Shown: positions 7,608 through 16,759 of the stretch, piece after piece | How positions within the stretch are numbered: the stretch's first letter is position 1 | Layout: each line of letters opens with the position of its first letter | Virus record (IMG/VR): IMGVR_UViG_3300044959_000131 | Location: 64,001-128,000 of that record | Strand: one strand, 5' to 3' | Origin: a virus | DNA: 64,000 nucleotides | The notes under the pieces: model-generated | The model's input: only the letters and a program-made list of their open reading frames with translations | What the model was told of the DNA's origin: nothing | The model's database searches: none | Program-made: the position numbers and the translations under genes

Positions 7608-8903
7608 CTACTTCCAGTTGTTGTACTTGATGTCGATTCCGACTTTCCTGAAGCAGGCCTCACGGATGTAGTTCATGTATGTGTTACCATCTCCGGCTTT
7701 GCTCTTTTCGATGACGTCATCCTTGAGGGCTTTGATGAAGGCGTCCTTTCCTTGGGCACGTACAAGGTACTTACTATCGTCGAATGGGTCTCTGACACCG
7801 AGCCACGCACCCGATTGTTCGATGACGCCGTGAGTAACTCCAGCGACTAGTGTGTCGAGGAAAAAGTCAAAGTTGCTCGTATCGTACAAGAATACGAACT
7901 TACCTTTACCTCCTTCGTGCATCCCGGCCTTGCCCTTTACAATCTTCCAGTTCACTTCCTTCCCGTATGGAATGAACTGCTGCTTCCATCCAGCAGGCGT
8001 GTAAACGGCTTGATCATTACCGAGCATCGTTCCGGACTCGACGTACAAATCGACCAACTTGGCGTGCTCTAGTGCATTACCTCCAGGTGCTTTGTACGGC
8101 GCGTTCGGGTCTTTGATGTTGTCTCGGACCTGGTTGATTCCAATGATGCAGGTGTCCCGGACATCGCCCCAGTCCGTTTCCATCGTCAGCATGTTTGTTA
8201 GCTTCTTGAGGAACATGGTGTTTGGGGCTGACGTTCCACCGTACGTCTTATCGTGAACTGACTCGTTCTCTTGCTCTGCGTTTGCCAGAGCGTTTCCGAT
8301 GCTGTCGATGATGATGAGGTGGTATGTGTTCTGCTCTACCGCCCGTAGAATCACGTCGTAGAAGTCTTCAGCCGCCATTGCGTGAAGCTCGTGAATGGTC
8401 CCAATCTGAGGGAACAGTTCATCGGCTTCCTTGCGGGTGAGTGGCTTCTCTCCCTTCATCATCCTCCCTTCGTTCAGGGCGTAGAGTTCATCGTCACCGA
8501 GGTGGATCTGAACCCCCACTTTTCGTGCCTGGGATCGGTCGGCAGGAATTTCCGTCATCGCCAACAGGACCATCAGGTTGTCACCGATGAAGTGCTGGAG
8601 CTGGCGAACGCATTGCCACGCAAGAAGTGTCTTTCCTGCGTTCCTGCGACCGATGATTTGACTGATTCCACCGCACGGAAAACCTCCACGGAGCTCGATG
8701 TCTAGAGTCAAAAGACCCGTCGGCACCCTCTTGGTGGACCATGGAAGAACGTATTCCGAAGCGGGCTTCAGGATCGCACGGCCCCTCATCTTCTTGTTCA
8801 CTTCGTCCATCAAAGCAGCGGCACGTTCTGCCCTGCTCAGAGGAGCCCCATCCTTTTGGTTTTTGACAGACTTTTCCTCTTCAGCCTTCTTCTTGGCCGC
8901 CAT
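7608..8903 (-). CDS. recA: RecA/UvsX-family recombinase
   Basis: PTGLLTLDIELRGGFP, Walker A GRRNAGKT, Walker B IIIDS, GINQVRD and PGGNALEHA. Confidence 0.92.
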   Translation of the reverse strand: MAAKKKAEEEKSVKNQKDGAPLSRAERAAALMDEVNKKMRGRAILKPASEYVLPWSTKRVPTGLLTLDIELRGGFPCGGISQIIGRRNAGKTLLAWQCVRQLQHFIGDNLMVLLAMTEIPADRSQARKVGVQIHLGDDELYALNEGRMMKGEKPLTRKEADELFPQIGTIHELHAMAAEDFYDVILRAVEQNTYHLIIIDSIGNALANAEQENESVHDKTYGGTSAPNTMFLKKLTNMLTMETDWGDVRDTCIIGINQVRDNIKDPNAPYKAPGGNALEHAKLVDLYVESGTMLGNDQAVYTPAGWKQQFIPYGKEVNWKIVKGKAGMHEGGKGKFVFLYDTSNFDFFLDTLVAGVTHGVIEQSGAWLGVRDPFDDSKYLVRAQGKDAFIKALKDDVIEKSKAGDGNTYMNYIREACFRKVGIDIKYNNWK

Positions 8904-8930
8904 GACACTCCTCTTAAGTTTGTGTGATGA

Positions 8931-9107
8931 CTACTTCACTCTGATAGGAGGACGCTTTTCGAATGGCTCAGTACCACAGTTTGGACACCACATGAGGAAC
9001 TGGCTGTTCTCAATGCACTCCTCGCCGCATCTGGGACAGATCAATGTTTTCTTCGTTGAAGCTGTCTTTACTGCTTCGTCTTCGTAGACGACTCCGAGCT
9101 TCTCCAC
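8931..9107 (-). CDS. 58-aa zinc-ribbon protein (below the ORF-track cutoff)
   Basis: AGGAGG then GTG 9107 gives MEKLGVVYEDEAVKTASTKKTLICPRCGEECIENSQFLMWCPNCGTEPFEKRPPIRVK; TAG at 8931. Confidence 0.8.
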   Translation of the reverse strand: MEKLGVVYEDEAVKTASTKKTLICPRCGEECIENSQFLMWCPNCGTEPFEKRPPIRVK

Positions 9108-9352
9108 TTTGACCTCCTACTTGACTTGAATCGAACTCTCACTCTTGGACCCACTTTTTGTTTACCACCGAAGTACGACATTGGGCCGACGACTGTCGGT
9201 GTCAGTGTACCGAACGCCCTCAGTTTGACAGGTTCTCCATCTTTGAGAGCGTCCGACATCTCGGACAGTAGCATGTTGAAAATGCGTGCTACGAGAGACT
9301 TATGAATGCCCGATTTCTTCGCTACGGACTCTATTAGTTCGACCGAAGTCAT
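9068..9352 (-). CDS. HU/IHF-like DNA-binding protein
   Basis: MTSVELIESVAKKSG, ALKDGEPVKLRAFGT and RVRFKSS follow the HU fold pattern. Confidence 0.88.
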   Translation of the reverse strand: MTSVELIESVAKKSGIHKSLVARIFNMLLSEMSDALKDGEPVKLRAFGTLTPTVVGPMSYFGGKQKVGPRVRVRFKSSRRSKWRSSESSTKTKQ

Positions 9353-9367
9353 CTTCCAATCAAGTGC

Positions 9368-11356
9368 CTACTTGGCAGCTGCCCACGAGTACCCATCTCC
9401 AACTTCTGCTGGCAGTGGGACACGAAGCGGAGTATCGAATGGGTTTTCCATGAGTTCCTTCGCCCTCTGTTTGACCTTTTCAACGGTCTGAGGGTCATCT
9501 GGGCACTCCCAGATGAGCTCGTCATGGATCTGAAGCAGTAGCTTCGCTCCGAGCTCATTCATGATAGGATCATGCTCAGATGCGATCATTACCACCTTTG
9601 CGATGTCGGCTGCGCTCCCTTGGATGATCGAGTTTACGCCCTGACGCTCGGCTTGACTTCGGTCCTTTGGAGACATTGATTTTAAGTCTCCAAACCTGCG
9701 ATAGCGTCCGGTTATTGTTTGAACGTATCCGTTCTTATACATGAACTCGTGGGTCGCTTGGATGTACCTTCTAACGCCTGGGAAGACGTTGAACCATTTC
9801 TCAATGAGCTGAAATCCCTCTTCCTCGGTAACGACCTTATTCATCTTGGCCGCGGCAGCAGCCTGTGTAAGACCGATCGCTAGACGCTTCCCTCCGATGC
9901 CGTAGATGATTCCGAAACCAGTTGCCTTGGCAGATTGCCTCATGAACAAGAGCTCTTTCTCCCGTTCTGTAAGCTCTCTTCCAAGACTTCCCTTCTTGTG
10001 TTGCTTCTCAGCCTTCACGGCTCCAATGACCTCGTCGTACGGGATGCCGTGAATTTCGGCGACCGTAAGACAGTGCAGGTCGATTCCGTCGTGAATGGCC
10101 TGGATCATCTTCTCATCGCCAGAGAAGTGAGCCATGAGCCTCATCTCAAGCTGGGAATAGTCAGCGACGATGAGACGCTGTCCAGCTCCAGCAATGAATG
10201 CCTCTCGTATGACGAACTCATCTTCAGAAGCACGGGGTATGTTCTGAAGATTTGGGTCCGAAGATGAGAGTCGACCTGTTACGGTTCCGTGTTGATTCAG
10301 AGTCGAGTGAATTCGATGGTTGTCATCAATCCAGCTCTGAAGACCGACGACGTAGGTGCCATAAATCTTGGATATACCTCTATACCTCAGCATGAGCTGA
10401 GCCCAAGGATCCCCATCGTCGGCCCACTTCTCTAAGACGTCAGAGTCGGTCGAGGGCTTTTTAACTCCCGTCCTACCGCCCTTCGTCATTTTCACAACCT
10501 TCTTCTGAAGGTGATCGATGAAGAACCAACGAATGTCGTTCGTCGAGTTAAGGTTTATTGGTCTTCCAGCTTCCTTCGCAAACTCCTTGTCGATTCGAAG
10601 CATCTCCTTCTCCATCGGAGCTTGTAGCTCTCGGAGATAGCCTCCATCGACCGTGATACCTCGGCGCTCCATTTTGTAGAGCACCTTCGTGAATGGGACT
10701 TCGATTTCGTAGAACAGCTCGTACAACCCAGCTTTCTTCAGAAGCTTGTCGAAGTGCCTTCTAAGCATCGTTGAGTTGTAGGCATCTAGGCTGGCGTAAT
10801 CTACTGCCGCCATCCTCTTTTCTGGGTCGTCGAACGCCTCGCGAATGAGCTCGCCAGTTGTCTTGACTATTGGATTTGTCTTCGTTCTTCTATGGACCTT
10901 GCCGAATGTTTGTTCGAAAGTTGGAGTTACGCGGCCAAAATGGTCTTGGACGCATTCCTTAAGACCGTGACGGCCTTGGTTGTTCTCATTCAGCATCCAC
11001 GACTGAATCATCGTGTCGCACCACCGGCCTGCTTTGGTCAGGTCGATTCCGGTGTTGGCAAACATGTGAGCGTCGAACTTTGCGTTCGTGAAATCGAAGT
11101 TGATTTCAGGATTTTCGAGAATCGGCTCCTTGAACAATGGTAGCAACGATGCTGGTAGGCAGATGCGATGAATGCCGTCCGATAACGACCACACTACAAC
11201 GACGTCTTTATGTCGAACGAGACCAGTTGTCTCTGAGTCAATTCCAAGAGAGCCTTGTGTCTTATGACTCTTCTGGAAATACTCTATCCACTTCAGTGCC
11301 TCTTCTTCAGTGTCGACGAGATGGCCAGCAGGAATGCTGAGATCGAAGCCTTGCAT
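9368..11356 (-). CDS. polA: Family A DNA polymerase with 3'-5' exonuclease and no 5'-3' exonuclease
   Basis: Exo I DSETTG, Exo II NAKFD, Exo III YASLD; TGRLSSSDPNLQNIP; motif A DYSQLE, motif B KATGFGIIYG (Phe at the E. coli 762 position), motif C IHDE. Start set at ATG 11356 because the track's extension crosses a terminator. Confidence 0.95.
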   Translation of the reverse strand: MQGFDLSIPAGHLVDTEEEALKWIEYFQKSHKTQGSLGIDSETTGLVRHKDVVVVWSLSDGIHRICLPASLLPLFKEPILENPEINFDFTNAKFDAHMFANTGIDLTKAGRWCDTMIQSWMLNENNQGRHGLKECVQDHFGRVTPTFEQTFGKVHRRTKTNPIVKTTGELIREAFDDPEKRMAAVDYASLDAYNSTMLRRHFDKLLKKAGLYELFYEIEVPFTKVLYKMERRGITVDGGYLRELQAPMEKEMLRIDKEFAKEAGRPINLNSTNDIRWFFIDHLQKKVVKMTKGGRTGVKKPSTDSDVLEKWADDGDPWAQLMLRYRGISKIYGTYVVGLQSWIDDNHRIHSTLNQHGTVTGRLSSSDPNLQNIPRASEDEFVIREAFIAGAGQRLIVADYSQLEMRLMAHFSGDEKMIQAIHDGIDLHCLTVAEIHGIPYDEVIGAVKAEKQHKKGSLGRELTEREKELLFMRQSAKATGFGIIYGIGGKRLAIGLTQAAAAAKMNKVVTEEEGFQLIEKWFNVFPGVRRYIQATHEFMYKNGYVQTITGRYRRFGDLKSMSPKDRSQAERQGVNSIIQGSAADIAKVVMIASEHDPIMNELGAKLLLQIHDELIWECPDDPQTVEKVKQRAKELMENPFDTPLRVPLPAEVGDGYSWAAAK

Positions 11357-11384
11357 TTCGCTCTCTTTTGAACGTGTGTTCAGT

Positions 11385-11428
11385 ACAAAACAAAGAGGTC
11401 CCCTATCTGTGGACAGATAGGGGACCTC
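11385..11428 (-). terminator. Rho-independent terminator between the SSB-like gene and the polymerase gene
   Basis: Perfect 16-bp inverted repeat GAGGTCCCCTATCTGT/ACAGATAGGGGACCTC (11395-11428) followed by TTTGTTTT on the minus strand. Confidence 0.8.
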
Positions 11429-11437
11429 CTTACTCAC

Positions 11438-12853
11438 TTACTTACTGAAGTTTGGCTTGAACGGTGGCTGGAAAGGCTGTGGTCCAGGAACGTTCGTCAG
11501 AGTCTGCGATGGATTGTATGGAGCGTACTGAGGCGCGGCAGCCGGCTGCTGCGGAGAGTACGGCACATATGGCGCGTATTGCTGCTGGATAGGCGCTCCT
11601 TGTACCTGTTGAGGCATTCCCATCGCGTTGGGTGGTACGAATGGAGAGTAGGCGCTGACTTGTGGTGCGCCGAGTTGAGGTAGGTTGAGCTCCAGTCTCT
11701 TCGCCTGTTCTTCGAGAGATCTTGGCCTGAAGATATTGTCGAAGTCGAATGGCTCGGACAGCTCCTCGATGACGTCTTGGACGCTCTTACCGCCCAACAG
11801 CTGTTGGATGTGAGGCGGCAACGTCCTCTGGAACTCTTCAATAGTTTGGAATTGCTGTAGGAACAGCTGGCTTTGAGTCCCTTCTCCCTGCCTCTTCCCC
11901 CACAGGACGACGTCCTTGAGTCCGAGTTGAGAGAACTGTCGACCAGCACTGGCGCACATCTCGCAGCTCACGACCTCTTTTAGCCAGACTCTCTTCTGGC
12001 ACTTCAAGCAGACGTATGGCTTCGCGGCCACCATCTCGAGCTCTTTGTCGCTGCGAGGATCCGTGGCAAGGTCGATGAGTACGCTACCGCACTGAGAGCA
12101 GTTATATGACTCTCTCGTGAGCTGCTGCGAGCATCGAGCGATCAGTTGCCCCTGTTGGTTGTAAATCAGTGCGCTGCACTGACTCGAAATCTGAAGATCC
12201 CACGCCTGAAGATTGGCGAGGTGGTTCTTACCGACTTCGATGTACCGTCTGTGCCCGAATTCCGTTGTGATGTCGTTCGGGTTGTATGGGAATGATTCCC
12301 CATGTTGTAGTACAGGGGGCTGGCCCGACTTTACCCGGCAGAAGTTGCAAGTCCGACCCTCGCACTCCGAGTAGGTGAAAACAGGACCGGAGTTGTCCTG
12401 CCTCATCCGTACCTGTCCGGTTTTGTAGTCGATGTACGGGTGGCGGTGATAAGGCGTCAGGTGAACGATACCGAAAGCGAATCTTTCAGACCTTGTTACT
12501 GATTTATCTCCCATGTCCTGAGCCATGCATCCGGCGCAGGGCTTTGGGTTGTGAGGGTCGTGTCCTTGTGAGCATGTCTCTTTCGGGAAGTACTCTTTCC
12601 CGTTCTTGAAAATCTTCCTCGTGTGCTGCTGGAACTTGAAGAAGATGTTTTTGACAGGAAGTGGCTTTCCATCCGGACCGAACTCGACGGTCTCAGGCGG
12701 CGGATTCGGGTCGATGTATTCTGCGTTGATGATGACGAATGGGGTGGCGTTTCCGTGTGGCAATCGGTAGTTGTCGTACCATCCACCTCCTCCACCACCG
12801 CCCTTCGGCTTTTGCTGCGAGTTGGCCATTGCACTGCGACGGAACTGATTCAT
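11438..12853 (-). CDS. Probable ssDNA-binding protein (gp32-like) with extra zinc ribbons and a P/Q/Y-rich tail
   Basis: H...C...CxxC N-terminal Zn pattern, several further CxxC pairs, and position between primase and polymerase. SSB call is an inference. Confidence 0.6.
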   Translation of the reverse strand: MNQFRRSAMANSQQKPKGGGGGGGWYDNYRLPHGNATPFVIINAEYIDPNPPPETVEFGPDGKPLPVKNIFFKFQQHTRKIFKNGKEYFPKETCSQGHDPHNPKPCAGCMAQDMGDKSVTRSERFAFGIVHLTPYHRHPYIDYKTGQVRMRQDNSGPVFTYSECEGRTCNFCRVKSGQPPVLQHGESFPYNPNDITTEFGHRRYIEVGKNHLANLQAWDLQISSQCSALIYNQQGQLIARCSQQLTRESYNCSQCGSVLIDLATDPRSDKELEMVAAKPYVCLKCQKRVWLKEVVSCEMCASAGRQFSQLGLKDVVLWGKRQGEGTQSQLFLQQFQTIEEFQRTLPPHIQQLLGGKSVQDVIEELSEPFDFDNIFRPRSLEEQAKRLELNLPQLGAPQVSAYSPFVPPNAMGMPQQVQGAPIQQQYAPYVPYSPQQPAAAPQYAPYNPSQTLTNVPGPQPFQPPFKPNFSK

Positions 12854-12864
12854 TTGTATGTCTC

Positions 12865-13929
12865 CTAAGATGTGTATTGCTGCCTCCGAAGAGGTCCTTG
12901 ATATACGAATTGAGTTGATGACAACACCATTTCTCGAAGTTGCTCTAACGGGTAATCGTCAGGTTGTGTATTGTTGTGGTGTATAGGGTATTGAAGAACC
13001 TTCACTCTCCCGTACATCGGTTTCCAGAGAAGATTTCCTACCCGTTGCGTAGCCCTCCTTCCAGCCTCGTCGTTGTCGAAACATAGTACCACGGTTCCGC
13101 CGAGACGGTGAATTAATCTTTGCTGTCGCTCCGATAAGTAACTTCCCATCGCAGCAACCGTGTTCTTGAACCCAGCTTGAATCATCCACAAACAAGCTTT
13201 GAATCCTTCGACGATGTAGACCGTGTCATCTTGGTCTGACATCTCGACGATCCTTGGAAACACTCGATTGAAGTTCCACAGGAAGTCATGGTTTTCGCAT
13301 TTGTAGCCAGGGTACTGTTCATCGAACCATTTACCGAAGTCGCCTTCGATCCACAGTGAGCCTCGGCGGTGACCACCCTGGTATACCTTGTACTTCGGAT
13401 ACTGTCCCTCCTGTGTCGCGCCCCCAGAGATGCCAGCGAGATTCCCGTAGACATCTCTCAGTGGGTACGTGATGCGATTGTTTTTCCTATCGAACCCGAT
13501 CTCCATGTCCTGCAAAAGGTTCGGGTCGAACCCTTTTTGGACGAGCTGTAGAGGCATCCAATCAAAGACTCCCAGTATTGCCTCTGGCAGTACGTAGTCG
13601 GCCTTGAATGGATCCTTATCCGAGAAGAAGTTATCGATATTTGATTTGTAGATCTCCCTTTGACGTTCTAACTCAGGTCCGATGACGGCGAGTTCTGCGT
13701 CGATTGTTGCTCTTTGTACACCGAGTAGCCTGAGAAGTCGTCTCAGGTCTCCGCTTTCATGGCACGCAAAGCAGTTGAAGATTCCTCCTTTCACGAAGTT
13801 AACGCCGAACGACGGATTCGTTTCCTGCCCGCCTTTGTGGAACGGACATCTGCAGACGATGTTGTTCCCACTTACCTTGAACGGTCCTGGCAAGTATCGT
13901 CCAAGCAAGGCAAGGATCTGGTCTTTCAT
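12865..13929 (-). CDS. dnaG: DNA primase (CHC2 zinc finger plus TOPRIM)
   Basis: CPFH...PSF...CFAC, YIVEGFKA and LCFDNDEAG. Confidence 0.93.
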   Translation of the reverse strand: MKDQILALLGRYLPGPFKVSGNNIVCRCPFHKGGQETNPSFGVNFVKGGIFNCFACHESGDLRRLLRLLGVQRATIDAELAVIGPELERQREIYKSNIDNFFSDKDPFKADYVLPEAILGVFDWMPLQLVQKGFDPNLLQDMEIGFDRKNNRITYPLRDVYGNLAGISGGATQEGQYPKYKVYQGGHRRGSLWIEGDFGKWFDEQYPGYKCENHDFLWNFNRVFPRIVEMSDQDDTVYIVEGFKACLWMIQAGFKNTVAAMGSYLSERQQRLIHRLGGTVVLCFDNDEAGRRATQRVGNLLWKPMYGRVKVLQYPIHHNNTQPDDYPLEQLREMVLSSTQFVYQGPLRRQQYTS

Positions 13930-15365
13930 GACACGTCTTTTACGATCTTCATCGGAATCTTTGGGTCTTTGAAGTTAGCTTTCTTGAATGGATTGTTGAT
14001 AGGCCCAGGTCCTTGTTGAGGAGGCTTTTTTGCGTATGCTGATTTGTCGTCTTCATCAGCATCTAAATTGACGATTGTTCTTATGTAGTCGAAGTTAGTG
14101 GCAGGCTCCCCGTTGATGACGATCCCGTCGAACCTGCCTTCACGAAGACCTGGTGCTGTAATGTACAGCTCCGTCCTTCTGACGTTGTTCTCGTCGATTC
14201 GGTCCTTCTTTGAAATTCGGAACACAGCATCTGCGTCTTGACCGAATGCATCAGCATACGCCAGTTCTGTTAGATCCTCTCCCTTGGACTTGTCGGCGGC
14301 TCTGTTTGCCTGAGTCACTCCGATAATTGGTATGTCGAAATCTTGAGCCGTGAGCTTCAGATCTTGGGAGATGTGTGCAATGGCCTTCCAGTCAACGGTT
14401 CGCTGGCCGGAACGGTCATCCTTCATGAGGTACATTCCATCGACAATGACAAGGTCTGGCTTTACGTCCCGAATCTTCGACTGAAGCCAAGCAACGCCTC
14501 CACCGCCAGAGCCTCCAGAGGCGGCACTTCGGTCGGACGTAATGATGAAGCACGGTGGGCGACCGCCTTCCGTCGACAAGGATTTCTCGTCATCAAGGAG
14601 CTCTTTCAGCAACGTGAAGACATTTTGCTTGATGTGAGGTTGTAGAGTTCCGTTCTTGAATGCCTTGTAGTCAACTCCTGCGATAGTCGCGGCGACACGC
14701 TGAGCTACGAGGAGTGGACCCATCTCTCGAGTATAGAAGAGAACTCTCTTCCTCGAGTGTATATAGGCGTGGACGCCGATCTTGATGGCGACCCACGTCT
14801 TCATTGATTTTGGGCGACCGTACAGGATGATGAATTGGCTCCCCTGCATCCCCTGAGTTTCTTCGTTCAACTGATCCCATGGATAAGGGATGCCGAGTAA
14901 TCCATGTGCGGCTGCAACGGCCTCGTATCTATCTAGAAGAGTACTATATGCAGATGAGATTGGAAGATCCTCGCCGACTTCAGCTAGAGAAGCCATCTTG
15001 GCCGCTTCAGTTCTAAGAATTGAGATTGCCTCCATCGGGTCTTTGTCTACGATGGCCAACAGATCTTGTGATATTTTCCGAACCTCAAGCTTTATTCTCT
15101 CTCGGCGTAGGTGGTTACAGAGAATCGCTACAGAGTCGAATGCCGGTGCAAAAAAGAAGGACGGAAACCTAAGCTTCACCATCTCCGCACTCGGCACCTG
15201 GCCGTGGGAGTGCGGGTTGAAATACTCGCTCCGTATGTACCTGTAAACCTCACGAACTTCTGGACTCGTGAAGTAACTCTCGTCAATCTGTAGCTTTGTG
15301 AGAGTGTGGAAGTCTTTTGTGTTGATTACCTGTGTGATGAGAGCGTATTCGATGTTCGCAGACAC
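13926..15365 (-). CDS. dnaB: DnaB-like replicative helicase (SF4)
   Basis: Variant Walker A YGRPKSMKT, Walker B VIVDG, QANR and DAFGQDAD. GTG 15365 follows an AGGGGA site (the track starts at 15383). Confidence 0.88.
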   Translation of the reverse strand: MSANIEYALITQVINTKDFHTLTKLQIDESYFTSPEVREVYRYIRSEYFNPHSHGQVPSAEMVKLRFPSFFFAPAFDSVAILCNHLRRERIKLEVRKISQDLLAIVDKDPMEAISILRTEAAKMASLAEVGEDLPISSAYSTLLDRYEAVAAAHGLLGIPYPWDQLNEETQGMQGSQFIILYGRPKSMKTWVAIKIGVHAYIHSRKRVLFYTREMGPLLVAQRVAATIAGVDYKAFKNGTLQPHIKQNVFTLLKELLDDEKSLSTEGGRPPCFIITSDRSAASGGSGGGGVAWLQSKIRDVKPDLVIVDGMYLMKDDRSGQRTVDWKAIAHISQDLKLTAQDFDIPIIGVTQANRAADKSKGEDLTELAYADAFGQDADAVFRISKKDRIDENNVRRTELYITAPGLREGRFDGIVINGEPATNFDYIRTIVNLDADEDDKSAYAKKPPQQGPGPINNPFKKANFKDPKIPMKIVKDVS

Positions 15366-15407
15366 GTAATCTCTTCCCCTCAACGAGTGAAGATTGAAAG
15401 GGTCCCT

Positions 15408-15435
15408 GACGGCTGAGGCTTACGCCTCAGCCGTC
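15408..15435 (-). promoter_or_regulatory. 12-bp hairpin with a GNRA (GTAA) tetraloop in the helicase leader
   Basis: GACGGCTGAGGC-GTAA-GCCTCAGCCGTC on the minus strand, intergenic, no U-tract. Confidence 0.65.
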
Positions 15436-15442
15436 GGTCTTC

Positions 15443-15452
15443 CTTATCCCGA
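15443..15452 (-). promoter_or_regulatory. TCGGGATAAG motif, candidate phage promoter for the helicase-primase-SSB unit
   Basis: Intergenic, just upstream of the leader hairpin and the helicase start. Confidence 0.6.
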
Positions 15453-15526
15453 AGAATGATGGTTTCTTACTATCGCCTTCGTTCAGAAGGCGGTGCCCAT
15501 ACTACTCTTCGAAGTGTCCGAGTCAA

Positions 15527-15832
15527 CTAGAGGCCTGGTATCTCATCCTCTAGAGGCATTTCGTGTTCATGGACTCTATCGGTAGTAGGTCCATCGGAGA
15601 ATACGACCGTGCAGATGTCCTTCTCCATCGAGTTGATGAGCTCGTTGAACTTCGTTGCGGTCTCATCGCTCCATGTGGAGAATGTCCCAGATCCAAATAG
15701 CTCGCCAGTTGTCGAGTTCATCAATACAAACTTGGCCTCGACCCCAGCACCTGGGATTTGTGGTCTTGTTACGAGGGTAAGCTCGACAACCTTGACCGCG
15801 TCGATTCTGCAGGTTCCTTGTCCCTTTGTCAT
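15527..15832 (-). CDS. Hypothetical protein (101 aa)
   Basis: Operon-packed ORF with an acidic C-terminus. Confidence 0.7.
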   Translation of the reverse strand: MTKGQGTCRIDAVKVVELTLVTRPQIPGAGVEAKFVLMNSTTGELFGSGTFSTWSDETATKFNELINSMEKDICTVVFSDGPTTDRVHEHEMPLEDEIPGL

Positions 15833-15833
15833 C

Positions 15834-16169
15834 TTAGAAAGGTGACTTTTTCTGACGGCTCTTCATGAGCTCTTGCTCAGCGAGTTTCTGATGCTCGACG
15901 CAATACTCCCTCGCCAGTTTACCAGCAAGGTCGATCGCCTGTTCAATTGTTTCTGCATCTTGGTTACAGCTCAGGGTGACTGTGACCATTGCTCCAGCTC
16001 CTGAACCGAACTCCTTGAGAGACATATCGGCTGATACTGAGACTCTGGCCTTAGCGTCACCTAGAAGCTTCTTGTAAATGTCCATGTAGCTCTCCGGTAG
16101 ATCAAACTGACCGATTTCGATTTGGTCTCCCCACGTCCTTGAGATTGAAACTTTTGGAAGCTGCATCAA
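15834..16169 (-). CDS. Hypothetical protein (111 aa)
   Basis: Operon-packed; overlaps the upstream stop; AAGGA site. Confidence 0.75.
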   Translation of the reverse strand: MMQLPKVSISRTWGDQIEIGQFDLPESYMDIYKKLLGDAKARVSVSADMSLKEFGSGAGAMVTVTLSCNQDAETIEQAIDLAGKLAREYCVEHQKLAEQELMKSRQKKSPF

Positions 16170-16759
16170 TCATCCTTTTTCTTCTCTCCGAAGAAAGCGA
16201 TGGGCTTTGGACCTTTCACCGTAGGGGTTCCTTCTTTCTCGTCGTAAACACCTTCGATGACGTCTGTGTGTCCATGAAGCTTTAGCCACTGCATGATTCC
16301 GTCATAGTCGACAACGAATTCGTTTCTGACGAGGTGATATTCGCGACCATCTTTGGATACTCCCTTCAACGCCATCATCTCATCGAAGAATCCCTTCCTT
16401 TTCGCAAGCTCTATTAAAGTCGATGCATCGATTGATCGCCTCGTAAATGACGATACGGTGAAAGGTCCATATGTCAGTGTCGTCGGTTTTCCATCTGGAC
16501 CGCGCCATTGTGACGACCCGAGCTGGACGGCGGATCTCATTGCGTTCTTTGCCGTCAAGAGCTTTGAGTTTCTGTCCTCAAGAAGCCTTTTTAATTCCTC
16601 CAATACGAGTTTGAACTCTTCGATGATTCGCTCTACAGGCACGTCTGGAACGATGAGTTCCTTCAAGATTAGGCCCGACATGAACCTCTCTTCCAGTTCA
16701 GCGTACTTTCTGTCTGCCTCAACGAAATCATCGACAGCCTTCTCGTACTCCGGTTTCAT
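16166..16759 (-). CDS. Hypothetical protein with N-terminal coiled coil (197 aa)
   Basis: GAGGA site; ATGA overlap with the UDG stop. Confidence 0.8.
   Translation of the reverse strand: MKPEYEKAVDDFVEADRKYAELEERFMSGLILKELIVPDVPVERIIEEFKLVLEELKRLLEDRNSKLLTAKNAMRSAVQLGSSQWRGPDGKPTTLTYGPFTVSSFTRRSIDASTLIELAKRKGFFDEMMALKGVSKDGREYHLVRNEFVVDYDGIMQWLKLHGHTDVIEGVYDEKEGTPTVKGPKPIAFFGEKKKDD

Noticed and set aside
11357-11437. 27-aa N-terminal extension of the DNA polymerase in the ORF track
   Set aside because: It runs through a terminator hairpin directly after the upstream stop; ATG 11356 is more plausible.
7608-15365. Inteins or introns in RecA, the polymerase, primase or DnaB
   Set aside because: Lengths are near normal and no C...HN splice motifs or LAGLIDADG blocks were seen.
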